A stretch of DNA of 64,000 nucleotides. Origin: Balamuthia mandrillaris. Its lineage: Eukaryota. Positions 1 to 10,895 of this stretch are shown piece by piece. The first letter of the stretch is position 1. Every line of letters begins with the position of its first letter. The stretch lies in the NCBI GenBank assembly GCA_031835245.2, contig JAVKOQ020000011.1, positions 124,001 to 188,000 of the forward strand. The letters are read 5' to 3'. Both the position numbers and the translations under genes were made by a program. The notes beneath the pieces were generated by a model that saw only the letters and a program-made list of their open reading frames with translations, searched no databases and was not told the origin of the DNA.

Positions 1-905
1 TGATTCTTTGTTTTTTAACCCCAATTCTTTTTTGAAAACAGGCCATTGTGGTTGGAATACCCAACTGATACCAACACGTTCGAAATGGACGACCAATTCT
101 TGGTGGGCAAGGACCTGTTGGTCAAACCTGTGGTAAAACCAGGTCAAACTGTCACCACCGTCTATCTTCCTCAAAGCGATGTACGTCTCGTTCCTGCGTC
201 TCTTTTTCTTGTCTTTCTTCCTCTTTCTATGATGGCCCGATATTCACTTTTCATCAAACAAATCAGGTTTGGTACGATTATTACACGCACGAGCAACATA
301 GATCCGCTCATCAGTCCGTGGACACTCCCATCGACAAGATTGCCGTCTTCCAAAGAGGAGGCAGCATCCTGGTGAGGAAGGACCGCCCTCGTCGTTCCTC
401 CGCTCAAATGAAAGACGACCCCTACACCATTGTCGTCGCTCTTGATGATCAGGTTTCCTTTCTACCTTGTCTTTTTTTGTTCCTTTCTTTTTGTCTTTCT
501 CATTTCTATCTTTCTTTTTCTTTCTTCCACTCATCTCATCAAAACTATCTCAACAAATAACAGAACAAAGCAAGCGGAGAATTGTACGTGGACGACGGCA
601 GCAGCTACGACTATCTTCGCGGAGAGTTCCACCGCCGCAAGTTCACGTTCGACCAAACGACGCTGCGCTCCGAGGCGATAACCGACAACAACCTTCCGGA
701 GAAGGAGCTTACCAACCGCATCGAACGCATCGTCGTCATGGGGTTGAGGAAAACGCCAGAGAGCGTCAAGATTCGTTGCCAAGGAGGAGAAGAAAGGGAT
801 GTGGAGTTTGAGTACGATGGCGCCAAGGGAGTGCTCACCGTTCGTAGGCCGGACTGTTTGATGCGAAACGACTGGACGATGAGCATGCAGTTGGGTTGGT
901 TCTAA
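1..905 (+). CDS. GH31 alpha-glucosidase, probably glucosidase II alpha subunit; 3' exons only, truncated by the window start
   Basis: Spliced ORF pieces give PLWLEYP..DQFLVGKDLLVKPV, IAVFQRGGSI, DDPYTIVVALD, GELYVDDGSSYDY and IERIVVMG, typical of the GANAB/Rot2 C-terminus; stop TAA 903-905. Confidence 0.85.
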
Positions 906-1044
906 AGGAAAGCACAAAAAAAAAACCAGAAAACAAAGAAAGAGAGATGTTGAAAACACAAAAGACACTTGGTTTTATTTTTATTTTAAGTTATATAAAA
1001 TTATGTAAACGCTCTTTTGGGTTTCCTTCCCAAACAATAACCAC

Positions 1045-1131
1045 ATCTCTCTCCTCTCTTCTCTCTTCTCTCTCTTCTCTCTCTCCTCTCTTCTCTCTTC
1101 TCTCTCTTCTCTCTTCTCTCTTCTCTTCTCC
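1045..1131. repeat. (CTCTT)n-type pyrimidine microsatellite
   Basis: Directly visible tandem repeat. Confidence 0.85.
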
Positions 1132-1254
1132 TAATTTGTGTCGACTACATATTAATTTCGAAAATTCCAAGAAAAAATTGCAAAAAATGGATAAATCGTA
1201 AATGCAGCCATACCACGAAAAAAATAAAATAAAATAAAATAAAAATAAAAAAAA

Positions 1255-1603
1255 ATGAAGAAAGAAGAGTTTGACGAAGCAGAAGAAGAAGCTGAAGTTG
1301 AACGAGAGGAAGAAGAACAAGAAGAAGGAGGAGATGAAGAACAAGAAGAGGTGCACCCACAAAATTCCTTCCGGCTGGCAGCCGACAAAGTTCTCAATTG
1401 GGAGATCAAGCTGCTGGAGTGGTGCCCCAGGATGGACCTGCTGGCTTTGGTCACCGTGGAGGACCAGCTCCTGGTGCATAGGCTCTCCTGGCAGCGTCTT
1501 TTTGCCATTCCGAGCGACAAACGCGTTGTTACCGCTTTGACCTGGCGTCCTGATGGTTGTTTTTTTTTGTCCTTCGTTTCTTCTTCTTCGTCGCTTCTTA
1601 TCG

Positions 1604-1652
<49 letters not shown>

Positions 1653-2798
1653 GTTTCTTTTCGTTTCTTTCTTTCTTTTCATCTTAGCTCTTTCTCTTTG
1701 TCTTCTCACTTCTTCTCATTTTTTTTTTTGTAGGAAAGGTAATCGCGGTGGGCTATCAAGACGGCACCATCACCCTCTTTGACATCGAGTCCAGCGAGGC
1801 TTTCTTCACGTCTCACTTTCACAGCTCCGCTATCACCGCTCTCTCTTGGACGCACTACCATCAACGACAACCCGCTTCTTCTTCGTTCTCAGCCTCTTCT
1901 CCGTTTTCTTCTTCTGATTATGCAGAATTGAAGTCCTCGTTTTTGGACTATAGACGAGACAGAGAGCAAATGTTTTTGTTGCCGTTGGCCCCTTCTCCTC
2001 TTGCTGAGGCTGCTGCCTCTTCTCGAAGGTTCTCTACATTCGTTGTTCTTTCTTCTCTCTTCTCTCTCTCTCTCTCTCTCTCTCTCGCTCTCTCTGGGTT
2101 GATGATAACATGAATAGCAGCACATCATCTGTCGCAAAGGAGGTGCGACACGTTGCAAACCATGAAAGCTTCCTTCATGCCGCTGAACTTTCTGTGTTGG
2201 TGAGCGGTGATTCCTCTGGTGTTGTCCTTCTCAGGTTTGTTTTCTTGATAGTTTTTTTTTTCATCTACTCGCTCATAAACTTCTGAACACAGCGCACAAG
2301 GAACATTTTGTGTTGGGAGAGCATCCTTCGAACTCTCTCAGGTACGATTCTCTTCATCGTTGCTCTCATTCTCTCTCTCTCTCTCTCTTCCTTGTAAACC
2401 ATTCATTGAATACTCTTGTTTTGTAACACATTTTTTTTATGTAAAGAAAGGAGATAACAACGTTGAAATTATCCGGCTTTGTCTCGATCCATCATTACAA
2501 CATCTCAACGTGGTTACAAGAACCACAACGCCTCGTCTACCCGAAGAAATAGTTTTCAGCCTTCATGAGATGGACACAGGTCTTTTATGGAGACATCCAA
2601 CCGACGTACAGCAGATGACTGTTCGGTTGTTTCATGTGTCAGCTCACATCAGTCATTTGGTGGACAGCATTCAAAGCATTCATTCTCAATGGAAGAGTGG
2701 CACTAAAGACTTTTTCTCTCGTATGAATGAGTTTGCTGGTTTAATGGAAGGTTTGTTATGCTTTACCTCGCTTCCTCCTCTCCCTCTGCGTTGCCGTA

Positions 2799-2831
<33 letters not shown>

Positions 2832-4842
2832 CTTTTTCTAGCATCTATTATTTATCTTTCATCTTTACTCTTACTCTTTCACTTTCTATTTTCTTACGTT
2901 TTGACTTTTGGAAATAGAGGACGGAAGAGATCCAACTATGTTGCGGAATGACCTTTTGAGCTTGATGCTTTCGGGTGTACCAAGCCCTTCTCTCGAACGC
3001 TTTCTAGTCAAAAACATGACAGAACAGGTTTGGTTTTAAAAACTGTGTTTATCTGTTTCTGTTTATTTTTATTGCTTTATTTATTTTCCTCATTTTAATA
3101 GGGAGTTCGTCGTCTTTGGCGCCACATTGAAGTAACTTGCGAAGACGTACAAGATTTAGCTGTGAAACATCTGCACAAAGTCGGAGAAGCATTGCTCTTT
3201 CAGTTGAGCGAGTTGCAGGTGTCGTTATCTTCTTTCGTTCCTTTTTCTTCCATTTTTCTTTTTTTAAAAAAAGTGCACCAAAACAACAGGCATTGTCTCA
3301 GTGGCTAGAACGGTTTGGTTTGTTGGGATTGGAGGAGAGCACTCTATCCGACATGGTCTCGTTGGCTGCTGCGTTTCTTCTCAAGACAAAAGAGTTTCTG
3401 CGGGTTCTCCTTTCTGTAAAGAAAGGCTATCAACATTTTTTCAACTGGCTTTATCTCAGTACTTTCCACTTTCTTCACTTCCTTTCTTTTCTTTCGTTCT
3501 TTCTTGTCGTTTCTTTCTTTCTAATTAGCCATACGTTCGTTTAGATGCCTGTAAAATATGTGACACCTTAACAAAACGCAAAAAGATGGACATAAAACCA
3601 GTCGACATCAACAAAGTATCGTCCTTCATCCAACACGAACTCCTTCGAGACGACATATCTCCCTTCTTCCTGGACGAAGCTGCCAGAAAGGAACAGCAAC
3701 AACTCAAACAAGAACAGAAAGAACGAGAAAGGGAGGCCAAAGCGGCCAAAGTGCGAAACCAACAATCCAACATTTTCGACATCTTTGAACGAGATGAAAA
3801 CGAAGACATTTTTGCAATTGGTTCCTCTTCTTCTCCTTCTCAACCTCAGCACCAAAAAGAGGGCAATCATGATGGTGCTTTCCTTTTGCTTCAACAAGAT
3901 GACAACGAAATGAATCATCCGTACTTTCAAGAATGGGAATCTCCTCATCTACCTTTTCCTTCCTCAAACTCTTCTTCTCTTTCCAATGCGAAAACTCTTT
4001 TGGAACTGTGTCAAGCATTGAACGAGCTATGTACGATCGAGAGCAAACGGCCAGCAAACTCAATAAGCAAATCCTTCAAACATACTTTATCCACAAATCT
4101 TCTTCTTAGCAACAATGACGAAGGATATGAGGAAGATGGAAAGATGATAACAGCGAGCACAGTTTTGGAAGATGCAGAGACAGGAACAAGAACGATTCTT
4201 CTGGCTTTTAGTCATTGCTTCTCCTCTCCATCTCCTGCTATCTTTCTTCTTCGAAAAAAGGTCTACTCTCCAAAGGAGGAACAAGCAGAAGAGAAAGAAG
4301 GATGGCAAGCAACAAAACTCGACTTGGAAGAAGTTGTTTCCATCTCTCATATCGCTTTCTACAAAGACGAGAGGTTAGCTGCTCTCCTGGGTCGAAAAAA
4401 GCAACAACAAAGCGAAGAAGAACCAGAAGAAGAAACGAAACTCGAAATGTTCAACTTTGAAGAGAGCGAATGGAAAAATGTGGATGAGCTTCAATCAGAA
4501 GAAGCATTTTCAAGTCTCTTTGCAGCTCTCGAGAGAACAGACGGCACTTCTGCTTTCGTTTCACCTTCTCAAGGAAGAACACAACCCCGTCCTCTTCTTC
4601 GATCTTCGTCTTCTTCTTCTTCTTCTGAGACCCGTCATTACAAAGCAGCTGTCAGTGATTCAAGAGGATTAGCTGCTGTCTTTATAGCACCGCATCGCGT
4701 TCTCTTATACGACCTCGAAGATGAAGAAGACAGCGACGATGAAGACGATGACGAAAACGAAAACGAAGAACCAAACGAAGACGATGAAGAAAACCAAAAT
4801 GAAGAGGAAAATGAAGATGATCAAGGCGAAGAAGAGCACTGA
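1255..4842 (+). CDS. ANAPC4: Anaphase-promoting complex subunit 4 (multi-exon)
   Basis: N-terminal WD40 signature WCPRMDLLAL..LLVHRLSWQRLF..TALTWRPDGKVIAVGYQDG, helical middle region, acidic tail; GT-AG introns. Confidence 0.85.
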
Positions 4843-4877
4843 TGAGTGCAATTTTCTTCAACTGTTCTTTTTACATT

Positions 4878-5554
4878 CTACTTTGGGAAGATATCATTCA
4901 GTTCGTCGTTCTCCTTCAACTCGGTGACGATATCGAGTCCGCCGATGAGCTTGCCTTGAACGTAAAGCTGAGGATAAGTGGGCCAGTTGCTGTAGGCTTT
5001 GAGGCCCTCCCGCACTTCGTTGTCAGAGAGGATGTCGAAGGAGCCGTACTTCACTTTGGCCTCATCGATGATGGATACCATTTTCCTGCTAAAGCCGCAA
5101 CGAGGCTCCTCTGGCGTGCCTTTCATGAACAGCATCACTGGTTCTTTGTTGACAAGCTATGAGAAAGAGAGAAAAGGATGGTCAGAATGAGCTTTATAAA
5201 GGCGAAGAGGAGAGAGAAGAGACACCTTTTCGAGCCGTTCGTTAAGAGTGGTGGTGGAGGAGGCGTTGAGAGCTTCAGAAGGGATCATGTCTTTGAGCTC
5301 TCCGCTCTCCTTCAGTTCCTGGACAATGTCCAACCCTCCCACCAACTTGCCTTTGACGTAGAGCTGAGGGTAGGTCGGCCAGTTGCTGAAGGTCTTCAAA
5401 CCTTCACGCACCGTGTTGTCTCCCAGAATGTTGAACGAGCTGAACTGAACTTGTTCCTCGTTGAGCAGACCCACTATCTTTCGGCTGAATCCACATTGAG
5501 GAGCATCCGGCGTTCCTTTAAAATGTAAATGATAGAAAGAATGTGAGCAAGAAA

Positions 5555-5593
<39 letters not shown>

Positions 5594-5856
5594 AGAGTTA
5601 AACCTTTCATAAAGAGCATAACGGGGGCGTAGTTAACGAGTTTCTCTAAACGAGCATTAAGAAGCTCAGTGGAGGAGGCAGTGGTGGCAGGGGTGGGATT
5701 AGCCGCCGCAGCTGCGCGCTCGCTGTGCTGTTTGGTCTTCTTGGCAAGCGCGGCTGGATCTGCTCCCTCCAATCGGTCCCACACTGTGCCACCCTTTTTT
5801 TTTTTGATAAGCGAGGAGAGGAGATAAAAAGGAACATATGCGTGAGGAAGAGAAGG

Positions 5857-5894
<38 letters not shown>

Positions 5895-6223
5895 ATTACA
5901 AACCATGAAGAACAGGAAGAAGGGCACAGTTTCTACGTTGTAGTGTTCTGCTACTTGACCCAACTCTTCCGCATCAATCTATGACCATTCATGTTAACAT
6001 GAGAAGAAGCAGAACAAAGAGTAGAAGAGGAAAGGGGGGGGGGGAAGCAAACCTGCACAAAAGAGATGTCGGGATGGGTGGAAGCAAGCTCCGCAAAGAC
6101 AGCGTTCATCTGTTTGGCCGGCTCGCACCATGATGCCCAAAAGTTGAGTATGACCTTTTTGCCGCTGGCCACCGCCTGCTGGACGGTCTCCAGCCCTTTC
6201 GCCTCCACAACCGCAGCCAACAT
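4878..6223 (-). CDS. GLRX3: Monothiol glutaredoxin-3/PICOT (thioredoxin-like domain + two CGFS Grx domains)
   Basis: FWASWCEPA Trx-like domain, then two [33 protein letters not shown] domains. Confidence 0.92.
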
Positions 6224-6283
6224 TGCTCTCTCTTTCTTTCTTTCTTCGCTCTTTTTTTTTTTTTTTTTTGTGGCAGTTTTTTC

Positions 6284-6303
6284 GTCGACAATATTCTGTC
6301 GAC
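6284..6303. promoter_or_regulatory. Paired GTCGAC motifs upstream of GLRX3
   Basis: GTCGAC at 6284 and 6298, 60-80 bp before the start codon. Confidence 0.55.
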
Positions 6304-6347
6304 ATGCAGTATTGTGACGACATGAACATACTTCGTGACGACATGAA

Positions 6348-7832
6348 TCAGAAAGAAGAACGGTTCCCTGTTGGAAGGGAAGGCGCAGCGGCAGGATGGG
6401 GCCGGTGGAAGCAGCTCTGGCTGCAACACAACAACTCCCACCAAACTCTTCTCTCCTGGTCCCAATACCGTCGCATCACTTGCCTTGTTTGCTCTGCTTC
6501 TTCTGCTGCTGCTTCCTCCTCCGCCTCTTCTGCCTCCAAGAACAGCTGTGCACAGACGTCACACCTTCTCTGCAATCTTTGCAATCGTTCCTGCACTTCT
6601 TCTGGCAGCACCACTTCTGCACCCTCCACACTTTCTTCCGTTTCTGTTTGTTCTTTCTTTGTACCTTTCTTGTCATGGTCCTCATTGAGCGGAGAAGATA
6701 GTGAAGAAGAAGAAGAAGAACCAAGTGAAGGGCGGGTCTGGAACAGGGGTCAACAGGCCAGTGGGCAAAAGCTTGTTCCTCAGCACCGCCTCTCCACTCA
6801 AGTGCCACAAACTTTTCACAGTTGCCTGGCGGTTCCTCATGGGCGGTGATTTCTTGGAATCCACTCTTTTCTTCTGCTGCTGCTGCGGCTCCTCTTCCTC
6901 TCTCCCCTCTTGCTCTTCTTCCTCATTCTCTTCCATTTGTTGGGGAAGTGCTTCTTGCCAGGGAAAGGGTTGATGGGAGAGTGTGTACAAGGACGGAAGA
7001 AGCCAAACCATTGAGCAAGGCAGTGCCGCCAAGGGGTTACCATCCAGCACGTAACGGTTGAGAGCAGTAAGGTGGCCAAACTCCCTCGGCAAGGAGGTCA
7101 GTTTGTTGTTCTTGAGGTTGCAGTAGGTGAGAGCGGTGAGCTGGCCAAACTCAGCGGGCAAGGAGGTCAGCTTGTTGTTGTAGAAGGAGCACTCAGTGAG
7201 AGCGGTGAGCTGGCCAAACTCCCTTGGCAAGGAGCGCAGCTTGTTGCGGGAGAGGTAGCAGTGGGTGAGAGCGGTGAGCTGGCCAAACTCCCTCGGCAAG
7301 GAGGTCAGTCTGTTGCTGTGGAGTTTGCAGCGGGTGAGGGCGGTGAGCTGACCAAACTCCCTTGGCAAGGAGGTCAGCTTGTTGCGGGAGAGGTTGCAGT
7401 GGGTGAGGGCGGTGAGCTGGCCAAACTCCCTCGGCAAGGCGGTCAGTCTGTTGCTGTGGAGCTTGCAGTGGGTGAGAGCAGTGAGCTGGCCAAACTCCCT
7501 CGGCAAGGAGGCCAGCTCGTTTTTATTGAGGTTGCAGCGGGTGAGAGCGGTGAGCTGGCCAAACTCAGCGGGCAAGGAGGTCAGCTTGTTGAAGGAGAGG
7601 AAGCAATGGGTGAGAGCGGTGAGCTGGCCAAACTCTCTGGGCAAGGAGCGCAGCTTGTTGTGGGAGAGTTCGCAGTGGGTGAGAGCAGCGAGCTGGCCAA
7701 ACTCTCTCGGCAAGGCGAGAATAAAACCTTGTTGGAGAGGTTGCAGGCGGTGGAGCGTGCAAAGGGGTGGAGAAGGGAGGGAAGGGCTTCCACCCCCTCC
7801 TCTTCCTCCTCTTTCTTGTCTGCCGGTTCCAT
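6348..7832 (-). pseudogene. LRR protein (about 10 x 23-aa repeats) with LRRC58-like C-terminal box and Cys module; two apparent frameshifts (pseudogene or assembly errors)
   Basis: Repeats LPREFGQLTALTxCxLxxNxLxSL. The start MEPADKK..CNLSNK (ATG about 7832) and the end LPEEVQERL..RCDVCAQLF..LCCSQSC each lie in a different frame from ORF 6682-7713, with no intron-sized gap. Confidence 0.7.
7065..7715. repeat. 69-bp coding tandem repeat array (LRR units)
   Basis: gagctggccaaactc(cct/agc)..ggcaaggag recurs at 69-bp spacing. Confidence 0.9.
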
Positions 7833-8204
7833 TACTCCCTTTCTGTCCTGTCGTTTCTTTCTGGATGGCGTCAATGTTAGTGTTTTTCCATTAAAGTTTG
7901 CATTGGTGAGGACATTGTGGAAATCACTGCAATGTTCAGTCAGCCTGGACCTCGTGATGCCTTGGCCAACAAAGGGCCGCTCTCTTTCAGCCACTTTAAC
8001 ACGCCCATTCATCACGGGTGATAAAGCAACCACCCTGTTGTCATCCTTCTCGTTTATCCACTTGGATGTGATAAAGTGGGTAGCCAGCTCGTGTTGCTGT
8101 TCTTGGTGGAGTTGAAGAAAATAAAACAAAAAAGATATAAAACAGAAAAGACAAAAGACAAAAGACAAAAGAAAAGAAAGAAAGAAAAAGAACAAAAAGA
8201 TGTT

Positions 8205-10532
8205 TCAGTATTTAATGATGCTTTGGGTGGTGCCCACTGTTTGTGCCACTTGTCGTTTCTCTTCTTGCTTGAACTCCTGTTTAAGCTGCTTTTTCTGTCC
8301 TCTCTTCAACTGTTTGTGTGGTTGTTTGCGTTAAATGAAAGAAAAGAAAATAAAGCAATAGGCAAAAGTAGACGTACGCGACGCATTTCTTTGACGCGCT
8401 GTTTTCTTGCTTTTTTATCTTCTGGAGTTTCCCACTTTGTTCTCGCTTCTCCCAAGTTATCATTTCGTTTTGTTCTATTCAAAAAAAAACCACTATGAGA
8501 GAAGAGCACAAAGAGGGCAGGATAAGAGAAATAGAGAAAGGTACTTTTCTTTTTTGGGCCGCTCGGGCAATACGCCAAGAGGAATACTGGTCTTCTTAGA
8601 CAGCTCTATCCGCTTCTTTCTGGCCGGAGCATCATCAATGAGAGTAGGGTGATTCTCGAGGTTGGAATAGGTACTTAGAATCGACTCGCAATCCCATTTG
8701 TCATCATCTCTTACTTCCTCTTCGATATACTGCACTTCTTCTTGTTCATAATCTTCTTCTTCATCGTCTTCATCCTCATCTTCTTGTTGTAATTTGTTGG
8801 TGCTAACGTTGTTGTTTTCTTTTCCTTTTCCTTTGTCGTTCACGTCGTCCGCTTCTTTCTTCTCAGCCTTTATTGGTTCTTTTTTCTTTGCAGCGGAAGT
8901 GGGGGCTTCGTATTTTTCAGTCTTTCTGGACTCCAAAAACTCGTCGAGATATTGCTTAACGGCCTCATCCCTCAAACCGAGCTTGCCATGCAGCGTTGGG
9001 TCCTCTCCATCCAATTCGCCTATCTCATCATCACTCCATTCCGCCATTGCCTTTTTATTTTTGGAAAGAAGAGTTAATAGCCAGATAGGAAAAAGAAAAA
9101 GAAGGAAATGAATACTCTTTCAAAGCGAGCATCAAAGATTTCGGCCAACTCCCCTTTGTTTCGTCGTTGTTCGGATTGGCCGGGTGGATAGTCTTCATAG
9201 GCATCATAGTCATCGTCATCAGAGTCAGTGCCATAGTCATATTCTTCCTCTTGTTTCCCTCCTCTTTGTTGTTGGCTGCGGTGATGATACTCCTCGTCCT
9301 CTTCATCATCATCATTTTCTCCTTCTCCTTTGCCTTTAGCGACCACCACAAAGTCATCGTTAAGCGTTTCATAGTCATCATTGAACAAAGCATCATATAG
9401 TTCTTTGTCTATCTCAGCCAAAGATGCTGTTTTGGTTGTTAAAAGAAAGCAGTTAGTATGTCTTCTAAATGGAAGGGAGCAGTATTTGTAAAAGGTATAC
9501 CTTCTTTTGAATAACCAAAGTCATCGCGATAGGCATCTTGTAAAACTTCAGGAACTTTGTCGCTACCGCCAAAACGATACGTAGAAGCTTCTTCCTCTCT
9601 AAATTGAATAGAAGGCTGCCAAGAGATTCCAGATGAGTGATGTGAGAGATGACGGAGCAATAAAAGAATAGTAGAATAGTGAGAGAGAGCGAGAGAGTGC
9701 GCACGCGCCAAAGAACAAAAACACAAGAGTCGAAAACAGGAAAAAAAAAACATAATAACGAACAAAACATGAAGAAAAACTGAACAAAAGAAACATACCT
9801 TCTTGTAAAGGTATCCACCTTTCTGCTCTTTCGTGGGAGGAGCAGCCATATAGACAGAGCCAGGAGCGCCCATCGGCTTGAAATGCTTCCTGTAGTCATA
9901 GCCATCCTCCGGAAAGCCATACTCGCCCAACTCGAATTGTTTCAAGTCCACTTGCGCCGATGTCGCGTCCGCCTTCACTTCATCTTTCTCCTTTCCTTTG
10001 CCTTTGCCTTTGCCTTTCTTTTGTTCTTTTTCTTCTTCCTCGTCTTCGTCGGCATCAGCGAAGCGAGATTCTTCATCCTCCTCTCCTTCTTCTCCTTCTC
10101 CCTCTGCTCCATATTCCTCCTTCAACGCTTTTTCAAACTCTCCAAAGTCATCCCCTTCTCCTTCCTCCTCGTCCTCTTCAGCGTCGTCTTCATCACGAGC
10201 GGACTTATTTTTGTCCACAAACTGCCGAAAAGCGGAGAAGAGGTGATCATTGCCGCCCAATTCTTTGGCTAGCTTGGAGTCGGTATTCGTGATGGGGCGC
10301 AGCACGCGGTCTCCCCCTGGTCCCGCTGGGACCTCGCCATCCCCGAGCGGATCCTCTTGGCTGCGATAGACCAACTGGAAACGGGTAGCGTTCTTTCGAT
10401 CGATCCACTGCTTCTTTTTCTTTCCTCCTGCTCTTGGCTTGATTGATTTGTAAAGAAAGAAGAAAAGAGGTTAACTTGGCACACAAAGGCAAAAAAAAAA
10501 AGGTCATCAGAGAAGGAAGAGAAGTTAACCAT
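8205..10532 (-). CDS. LTV1: Ribosome biogenesis protein LTV1 (multi-exon)
   Basis: KKQWIDRKNATRFQLVYRSQEDP, DGYDYRKHFKPMG, WDCESILSTYSNLENHPTLI, ETPEDKKARKQRVKE; stop TGA at 8205-8207. Confidence 0.92.
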
Positions 10533-10679
10533 CGCTAAATGTTGGAAAACGGACTGATCAAGCTCGAGACAGAGAAAGAGAGATGAAGAAAAAATCGGTC
10601 TTCTCTTTCTCTCTTATTTTTCTTTCTTTCTTTTTTCTTTCTCCAGCCTGAGGGGCGTTCGCTTCACCAAATTTCCGTT

Positions 10680-10837
10680 GTCGACAAAAATATCACTGTC
10701 GACACAAGAATGTTAGGAATCCCAGGTGTTCGCACATAACCATGCCTCGCATTGCTTACATATTTTCTTCAAAAAGAAAAGATTGTCTACAAAATCATTT
10801 GTGTGTCGACAAAGGAATCCCACGTATGAATGTCGAC
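10680..10837. promoter_or_regulatory. Four TGTCGAC motifs in the divergent LTV1/DOLK promoter
   Basis: GTCGAC at 10680, 10698, 10805 and 10832. Confidence 0.6.
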
Positions 10838-10895
10838 TTTGATTCCATGAATTCCTTGCATATTTTCTTCAAAAGAAAAGAAAAGAAAGTCTTTG

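Noticed and set aside
7065..7715. CRISPR-like regular repeat
   Set aside because: The period is 69 bp in frame, the intervening parts are homologous and encode LRRs, there are no cas genes, and the context is eukaryotic
7072..8115. 347-aa plus-strand repetitive ORF
   Set aside because: Antisense shadow of the LRR array
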